Below, in pieces: positions 26,741 to 32,000 of a DNA stretch of 32,000 bases. The notes beneath the pieces were generated by a model. The model saw only the letters and a program-made list of their open reading frames with translations. It was not told the origin of the DNA and did not search any database. The position numbers were made by a program, and so were the translations under genes. Source of the DNA: Vulcanisaeta distributa DSM 14429 (lineage in GTDB: Archaea; Thermoproteota; Thermoprotei; Thermoproteales; Thermocladiaceae); contig NC_014537.1 of assembly GCF_000148385.1 (NCBI RefSeq), positions 1,170,001 through 1,202,000 of the forward strand. The letters run 5' to 3'. Positions within the stretch are counted from its first letter, which is position 1. Each line of letters starts with the position of its first letter.

Positions 26741-28186
26741 TCACTTCGCAAATTGATTATACCCGGAGGCGTTAACGTTGTAGTAAGTTAGGTCCCAGGT
26801 AGGTGGTGCACTTAATTCGAACGGTATCATGTAACTAGCCGGTAGTGTTGCGGTGGTTCCATTTAGGAATGTCACCTGCATGTCGAACATCGTCCCATTA
26901 AACACATAGTCATATATTGGGTACTTCGTGTATGCATACTGGAATTCAAGCTGTGTATACGTTGCAAAGAATGGCGTCCCACTATACGGTATTGCATGTA
27001 TCCATAGCTGGCTCGTGTTATAGTCATAAATCTCGAAGACTATCTCCTTAGCCGTAATGTTATAATAGATCATCAATTTAAGTAGTGTATTGTTTGGTGT
27101 TGGTATGCCGGGTAGCACCGCTGGGTTCATCGTAGTCTCGTTGAAGTAGTAATGGGCTATGCAGTTCTTACCAGGTACGTACCAGGGGGCGATGGTACCA
27201 TTCGGGTCTAGGTCAACACCTACCTGGAAGAATCCTACACATGATGACCTAGTGGCTCCGTAGTAATTCATGGCATTTATCTGGAAACTCAATATGCCGA
27301 CCTGCGGTGTGTTCCAGTACTTAAGTAGTACGAGGGCCGTTAGATTATAGAATGGCGGTAATAACGTTGTGAGAAGGCCTGATCCCTGTCCATAACCCTC
27401 CATATTATTATACTTCTGTAGGTAAATCGGTATTTCCAGGCTCGTGACTATTATGTCTGTGTAATAAACAGTCCCGCTGGTAGTGATTATGGCTGCCGTG
27501 TAGTAATTACCTGCCTCGGGTACGGAAATCACAAAGGGAGGTTCATCGGTCTGGTCCACGAATACCTGCATCACCCAACCAGCGGTTTTATTATACGGCG
27601 TACTGGCATTAAACACATTAACCATTATGAAGACCCAACCCGGTGGATAAAGCGCACCTGAAAGACTTGATAGGGATATCACGGGTTTGAGATCCGTTAA
27701 GTTTGGACCAGCCCAAACATAGCCGTCGGCCACACCTATGATTGCCACGGGCTCGTAATTACTATTCACAAGGCCAAAGAACCCACTGCCACCACTACCA
27801 TAATAAATTGCCACCTGGAATGATAGGAATTGATCACCCCTAACTATTAATGATGGATTAACAATGTCAACCTGGGGCTCATTATTCATGGCTGTGGACT
27901 CTAGCGCAGGTTCGCCCCAATAATTGGGTTGGGTAACTATTACCGGTGTTTGTCCGCTGATGGGTATCCATCCATAATAGCTTAAGGGCTCGTTGACATA
28001 CTCAAAATTAGACACATAGGCAAAGGCGCCCGTAAGCGATGCCGCGGGTGCCATTCTCGGCAATGGTTCGTGCACTCGCACCTGTTCATGACGAGGCGTG
28101 TAGGCATATATCATTAATATGGTCGTGAGTATTACTGCCATTGTTATTATCATTATTTTTATGGCTTTCCGGTTACCCTTTGTCAT
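26741..28186 (-). CDS. Predicted extracellular, N-terminally anchored glycoprotein of unknown function (Tyr/Asn/Thr-rich, beta-rich)
   Basis: It has an N-terminal TM/signal anchor (IKIMIITMAVILTTILMIYAY) and about 12 N-x-S/T sequons, with no further TM helices. I could not assign a catalytic motif. Confidence 0.6.
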   Translation of the reverse strand: MTKGNRKAIKIMIITMAVILTTILMIYAYTPRHEQVRVHEPLPRMAPAASLTGAFAYVSNFEYVNEPLSYYGWIPISGQTPVIVTQPNYWGEPALESTAMNNEPQVDIVNPSLIVRGDQFLSFQVAIYYGSGGSGFFGLVNSNYEPVAIIGVADGYVWAGPNLTDLKPVISLSSLSGALYPPGWVFIMVNVFNASTPYNKTAGWVMQVFVDQTDEPPFVISVPEAGNYYTAAIITTSGTVYYTDIIVTSLEIPIYLQKYNNMEGYGQGSGLLTTLLPPFYNLTALVLLKYWNTPQVGILSFQINAMNYYGATRSSCVGFFQVGVDLDPNGTIAPWYVPGKNCIAHYYFNETTMNPAVLPGIPTPNNTLLKLMIYYNITAKEIVFEIYDYNTSQLWIHAIPYSGTPFFATYTQLEFQYAYTKYPIYDYVFNGTMFDMQVTFLNGTTATLPASYMIPFELSAPPTWDLTYYNVNASGYNQFAK

Positions 28187-28232
28187 AAATTAAGTTATTA
28201 TTTAGTATTATTTTAAATTTTACTATTTAAAT

Positions 28233-28889
28233 TCAATCGCCGATCATTGATTTCTCCTCTGCAGTTACTTCTTCCTCTGAGTCTACGTGTAGTCTCCTTG
28301 TTTGTATGCCATCAGGTGTTAGGAGCACCATCTTTACTGATGCTCCATCCTCGCCAAACCTCGTTAAGTACCTAAGTAGTACCTTATTTGCTAGGACTAT
28401 GCCTATGTGCTGTGTCTTACCATTCAGTGAGACACTCTGGTGGTAATGCCAAATCTCCTTCCTTGTTATTATATTGAATTGTTTAACTATTGAGTCCTTA
28501 TAATCATCGAGAACCAGGTTATAAATGCTTAATACCCTCCATATTCTCTTCGTCGGGTTTATCTCCCCGTAAATGACCACGACAGGCCTCTCGGTCTTCT
28601 TATCCTTAACCCTTGACTGGTAAATGGCCGTTATCACGGGCTTTGAATCAAGCATCAATAAGTCCTTAATTGGTTGCCTATACCTAATCACGGCGGCCAT
28701 AAACGGCATTAATAACCTAAACCTAAACTCCACACCATTCGGTATCTTCACACTATCGAAATTACAATTATAACAGTGAATTCTCACGATGGCCGGTGAT
28801 GGCTCTATTAACCTCCTTATGAAATCCTGACCTTCCTCAATGAGTTCCTCATTACCTACCTTCTTAGATTCATCATTAATAGCCATCAA
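28233..28889 (-). CDS. Hypothetical cytoplasmic protein (218 aa)
   Basis: It is a clean ORF on the same strand as, and 46 nt upstream of, the glycoprotein gene. It has acidic termini and a CYNC pair. I recognise no family. Confidence 0.5.
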   Translation of the reverse strand: MMAINDESKKVGNEELIEEGQDFIRRLIEPSPAIVRIHCYNCNFDSVKIPNGVEFRFRLLMPFMAAVIRYRQPIKDLLMLDSKPVITAIYQSRVKDKKTERPVVVIYGEINPTKRIWRVLSIYNLVLDDYKDSIVKQFNIITRKEIWHYHQSVSLNGKTQHIGIVLANKVLLRYLTRFGEDGASVKMVLLTPDGIQTRRLHVDSEEEVTAEEKSMIGD

Positions 28890-29185
28890 TATTCTATCAC
28901 CTTTAGAATTTATTAAATTTATGGTTCATAATGATAATATTGTTCTATGGAAAATATGCAGATTTTGCACCTTACAAACTACTTTTTAATTGGTCCATGA
29001 ATTTAATAATTGTATGGCGAAGTACGAATTAAGGAGGTATATAACGTATGGGCAATTAATTATGTGGCCTAGGTTAATCGTGAATATTAAGGATCATGTG
29101 AAGATTATGTTCGTAACGAACCTATCAAATAAGGGTGAGATTAGGAGCATTAGGTGTTCAAGGATTGAATTAATAAAGCATAGAC

Positions 29186-30172
29186 CTATTGCCCAGTAGA
29201 CTTCAGGGAATAAACAATAACCTCCTTATTACCCCTAATAATGACCTGCCTCTGAATCAAACCCTTCCTAATCAAAATACTCAATGCATTCCTAACAGTC
29301 CTGCTTGGAAGCATGGTCTTTTCAATGATCTCCTTCTGTGTTAATTGACCCTCATACTCAAGGATCTTAAGTATGAACTTAGCGCTAGGCGGCAGGTCCA
29401 TGTTTGCCAACAGGCTTATTTTCTTTTCATAACGTCCAATGGCGCTCGAGACCTCACCAACCCTAATGAGCTTGAGTGGCTTCCCAGACGTTATCTTGAC
29501 CTCATTACCAACGTAAGTCCTGATACTACCATCAATTATCACCTCAACCCTAGACCTGGAAATTAAGTCCCTTATAGTGATTATGGAATCGCTGGGCACT
29601 ATGACGGGTACGCGGGCTAAATTCGTACTATTAACGGGCACTATCTCAAAGACCTGAGCCCTCGAGTGTATTAATGGGCCGCCCGCCGACATTGCGTATG
29701 CGGTGGAGCCCGTGGGTGTTGATATTATTAAGCCATCAGCAACGTCATGCCATAAATACTCATTATTCACATATAGACTATACTCAAGAGTTATTGCACT
29801 CCTGGCTGGGAAAATGGCAACCTCATTTATAGCATTTGGCAATTTCTTTCCCTTCGCATTCACGGAAAGCCTGAGTATCTCCTCAATATCATAATTGCCA
29901 CTCATTATTGTTGATAATGCCTTATCCAGGTTTGTTATGTCCACGGAATTCAAAAAGCTTAATCCAAAACCAACCGTGAGGACAGGGCCTTCCCATGAGT
30001 TTAACTTATGGAGGTTCATGATTATGAATTTATCGGTTCCGACAATACCTATGACATCGTAACCACTAACATCATCGTTTAATTCCGTAACGATACTGAA
30101 GGACGAATAATCATCAATAATCTTCTTAACCTCATTAACAACACTGGGCATGGTTACCAATAGACCCCTCAT
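29186..30172 (-). CDS. nadK: NAD kinase (PpnK/NadK family) with a C-terminal winged-helix DNA-binding-like domain
   Basis: The NadK core motifs are present (NAINEVAIF; DGLIISTPTGSTAYAMSAGGPLIH). The GGDG motif is degenerate (IVGTDKFII). The last ~70 aa (LPPSAKFILKILEYEGQLTQKEIIEKTMLPSRTVRNALSILIRKGLIQRQ, nt ~29189-29410) look like a MarR/TrmB-type wHTH. Confidence 0.8.
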   Translation of the reverse strand: MRGLLVTMPSVVNEVKKIIDDYSSFSIVTELNDDVSGYDVIGIVGTDKFIIMNLHKLNSWEGPVLTVGFGLSFLNSVDITNLDKALSTIMSGNYDIEEILRLSVNAKGKKLPNAINEVAIFPARSAITLEYSLYVNNEYLWHDVADGLIISTPTGSTAYAMSAGGPLIHSRAQVFEIVPVNSTNLARVPVIVPSDSIITIRDLISRSRVEVIIDGSIRTYVGNEVKITSGKPLKLIRVGEVSSAIGRYEKKISLLANMDLPPSAKFILKILEYEGQLTQKEIIEKTMLPSRTVRNALSILIRKGLIQRQVIIRGNKEVIVYSLKSTGQ

Positions 30173-30266
30173 CTTTGTTAATTATAGAATGCTATAGGAA
30201 TTTATTTTTTACTACGATGACCTCGAGAATGTATACCTTAAAAATGCAGACAATTAAACGCGTGGG

Positions 30267-30521
30267 ATGCTGATAACAATAATCGTGGGGATACTCGGAT
30301 TACTATTCATTGCCGTGGGCTGGGTACTTGCACTGGGCGATGTACCACCCCTCAGATTAACAATTCCATACCTAATAGGTAGTACCCTACTCACGGTATA
30401 CTCAGCACTTAATTGGAACCTAATATTCCTAATACTAAATGGCGCCGCAACAGCCCTCTCAGCCATAAACCTAGTAAGGAGGATTAGAATGAACAAAGTT
30501 AATACCAAAGACCATGGATAA
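30267..30521 (+). CDS. Small membrane protein (3 TM)
   Basis: It has three well-formed TM helices with a basic C-terminal tail. I prefer it over the mirror ORF 30254-30547 on the minus strand. It overlaps the convergent 30471-31076 gene by 51 nt. Confidence 0.45.
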   Translation: MLITIIVGILGLLFIAVGWVLALGDVPPLRLTIPYLIGSTLLTVYSALNWNLIFLILNGAATALSAINLVRRIRMNKVNTKDHG

Positions 30522-31076
30522 AGCCATAAGCTCAAGCACCAAATCACCCCTTACCACATACATATCACTACCATTACTTAACAACCATGATATTGACGAC
30601 TCAAGGACCAAGGTACCCCTCGAAGTACCCCTACCCAGTGCCACTGTGCATTTACTCTTATCATTATTAAGCACCGCAATTGTATATACCGCTCCAGGGG
30701 CCACTTGATACTCAAGCATGATCTCCATCATATTAACTGCACTAATTACTTTGGTCCTGGCGAAATTCAATAACGCTAATGCCTCATCAATACTCTTCAC
30801 ATTGCCAATTCTTTTCATGGTGCTTATTACGGTTGATAATATGCCCCTCGCAGTACCCCTTTGGATAGGTATTGCGCCTTTGTAAGGCAGTAATGATAGG
30901 ACAATGGAACCCCTAACCATGCATGTGCTATCCACTGAGATTATGATACTACGCGGAGGCACATTACAATCATTAACCTTAACTATCTCCTCACCAAATT
31001 CCCTAATTACATTAATTAACCATTGAGGTGGTTCACCAAGTATGTAAATCAAGAGCTGACCACCATCCTCGTGCAC
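30471..31076 (-). CDS. Hypothetical protein (201 aa), probably co-transcribed with rpoL
   Basis: It has a GTG start 14 nt downstream of the rpoL stop. I recognise no motif. Confidence 0.5.
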   Translation of the reverse strand: MHEDGGQLLIYILGEPPQWLINVIREFGEEIVKVNDCNVPPRSIIISVDSTCMVRGSIVLSLLPYKGAIPIQRGTARGILSTVISTMKRIGNVKSIDEALALLNFARTKVISAVNMMEIMLEYQVAPGAVYTIAVLNNDKSKCTVALGRGTSRGTLVLESSISWLLSNGSDMYVVRGDLVLELMALSMVFGINFVHSNPPY

Positions 31077-31090
31077 TTAGTGTTTCATAC

Positions 31091-31366
31091 CTATGGCGAA
31101 CCTAAGAACCCCTTCTCTAACTCCTCAACATCCCTCAATATCTCATTCACAGCCTCCTTAATAACATCAAGTGGCGGCCTTCCCTTAGTCTTTATCCTAA
31201 ACCGAACATTCTGGGTCAGTGGGTGATCAACATCATACATTGCATACTCAACATCAGGTCTCTTGAGCAGGTACTCAATTAATGGTGCGAATAATGTGTA
31301 CGTCTCTCCCTGCACCACAGCCTCCAGGTAATTGTCCTCGGCCTTTACAATGCTTATCTTAATCAC
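31091..31366 (-). CDS. rpoL: DNA-directed RNA polymerase subunit L (Rpo11)
   Basis: The size is ~90 aa. The pattern ...VVQGETYTLFAPLIEYLL...VEYAMYDVDHPL...VRFRIKTKG..PLDVIKEAV matches the Rpo11/RpoL fold signature (GEDHTLGN-type loop, Y.v.HPl). The start codon is GTG. Confidence 0.8.
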   Translation of the reverse strand: MIKISIVKAEDNYLEAVVQGETYTLFAPLIEYLLKRPDVEYAMYDVDHPLTQNVRFRIKTKGRPPLDVIKEAVNEILRDVEELEKGFLGSP

Positions 31367-31440
31367 GAAATCAATGTGGAATAAGTAGTAAAATAAAAGC
31401 TTTAGCTCTGGCTTAAATGTAATACATTGAGCGCATAACC

Positions 31441-31495
31441 AAGTGATGACAACCCCCGGAACAGACCAATGAAGAATTCACGTACCGACTGACCA
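31441..31495 (+). ncRNA. Candidate C/D-box sRNA (2'-O-methylation guide)
   Basis: C box GTGATGA is at 31443-31449, followed by a 12-nt spacer and D' CAGA at 31462-31465. After a 3-nt linker comes C' ATGAAGA at 31469-31475, then a 13-nt spacer and D box CTGA at 31489-31492. A TATA-like CTTAAAT at 31412-31418 lies ~23 nt upstream. It sits in the 256-nt divergent intergenic region. Confidence 0.5.
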
Positions 31496-31622
31496 CACCT
31501 AACCTACGTTAATGCCTAACTTCACACAAATTCATCACAAATACAGCACTTAACGTTGATCATTCTTAGAAGGCTCAAAATACCTTTATTACTAAACTAA
31601 ACAAATTCTTCCTTGATAGTTT

Positions 31623-32000
31623 ATGCGTGTTAGTGAGTTAAGAAGAGGTGGCACCCGTGGTTCTGGGTATGTTTACGTTCTCATTGGTAATGAGCTTGTT
31701 CATGTTTCCGAGGTCGGTAAACTCGTTAAGCATGATGGTGATGAGTACGTATATGAAATACCGAGCAATATCCCGTCCTGGATATTCATATTTCACTTCA
31801 GTAGGAGTGGTTATGGCAGTGTCACTAGGTGCCCACTTGGTAATTACGTAAATACGGTGGACTATACAAAGTGTGAGAGTAAAGCTATCGAGGATGCGGT
31901 AAATGATTGGTTAAGTGATGTTAATTTCAGAATAAAAAATCCTAAGTTGAGGGGTCTCTTGAATGAGTTATTTAGTGAGTTCGTGATAATGGCTAATGAA
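31623..32000 (+). CDS. Hypothetical protein, 5' part (runs off the window end)
   Basis: An ATG at 31623 opens 126 codons without a stop to the window edge, which is why it is absent from the ORF track. An in-frame stop lies at 31617-31619. A TATA-like TTTATTA is at ~31585-31591. The composition is more protein-like than the overlapping track ORF 31648-31851. Confidence 0.45.
   Translation, partial: MRVSELRRGGTRGSGYVYVLIGNELVHVSEVGKLVKHDGDEYVYEIPSNIPSWIFIFHFSRSGYGSVTRCPLGNYVNTVDYTKCESKAIEDAVNDWLSDVNFRIKNPKLRGLLNELFSEFVIMANE

Noticed and set aside
28990-29199. A 69-aa plus-strand ORF with a TTG start (internal ATG at 29014) is convergent with, and overlaps, the NAD kinase 3' end.
   Set aside because: It has no motif, a weak start context and AT-rich surroundings. 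It could be a real small protein, but nothing in the sequence supports it beyond being open.
30254-30547. A 97-aa minus-strand ORF mirrors 30267-30521.
   Set aside because: The plus-strand translation gives three regular TM helices with a basic tail. The minus-strand translation is less regular. One of the two must be spurious, and I kept the plus-strand call at modest confidence.
31648-31851. A 67-aa track ORF (MAPVVLGMFTFSLVMS...).
   Set aside because: It overlaps, in a different frame, a 126-codon ORF (31623 to the window end) that runs off the window edge. That longer ORF has a better TATA spacing and a more protein-like composition.
1-32000. I searched by eye for CRISPR arrays, IS/transposase or integrase genes, tRNA/rRNA genes and long direct or inverted repeats.
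   Set aside because: None was found. There are no regularly spaced repeats, no transposase or integrase-like ORFs, and no cloverleaf-like G+C-rich segments in the intergenic regions. The window looks like core chromosome rather than a mobile island.

Overview
This is a densely packed chromosomal window from a crenarchaeon. The lineage is an inference, probably Thermoproteales (Vulcanisaeta/Caldivirga-like), based on a PaREP1-family gene, a CbsAB/SoxLN-type respiratory module, FAU-1, frequent GTG/TTG starts and TATA boxes 20-30 nt upstream of start codons (leaderless-style). I support about 35 protein genes. They include a Pelota-like 3' fragment, a UPF0148 zinc-ribbon protein, and a small redox/CoA block (OYE-family flavoenzyme, aldo/keto reductase, crotonase). 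There is a divergent respiratory cluster: Rieske plus cytochrome b on the minus strand, a CbsA-like glycoprotein plus a CbsB-like membrane protein on the plus strand. Other recognised genes are an ArsR-type regulator, truA, a radical-SAM enzyme, aIF6, FAU-1, PaREP1/HEPN-like, a ParA-like ATPase, a metallophosphoesterase, tpiA, aconitase, NAD kinase and RNA polymerase subunit L. I found no rRNA, tRNA, CRISPR array, IS element or integrase. The most interesting locus is 10216-13096, a co-directional cluster of a DsrE-like gene, TusA, a SelD-like PurM-superfamily enzyme fused to an intact acylphosphatase domain, and a second TusA. The first tusA is translationally coupled to the SelD-like gene. 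The cluster lies divergent from an ArsR regulator and has no hdr/sox genes or selenocysteine machinery nearby, so I propose it as a candidate uncharacterised sulfur/selenium-activation module. Secondary observations are listed here:
- an NAD kinase with a degenerate GGDG motif fused to a C-terminal winged-helix domain
- two candidate C/D-box sRNAs, each with its own TATA element
- a tandem TTATCCCAATT repeat between the divergent respiratory promoters
- two possibly frameshifted small membrane genes
- several small unannotated ORFs
All functional calls rest on motif recognition by eye; no database search was run.
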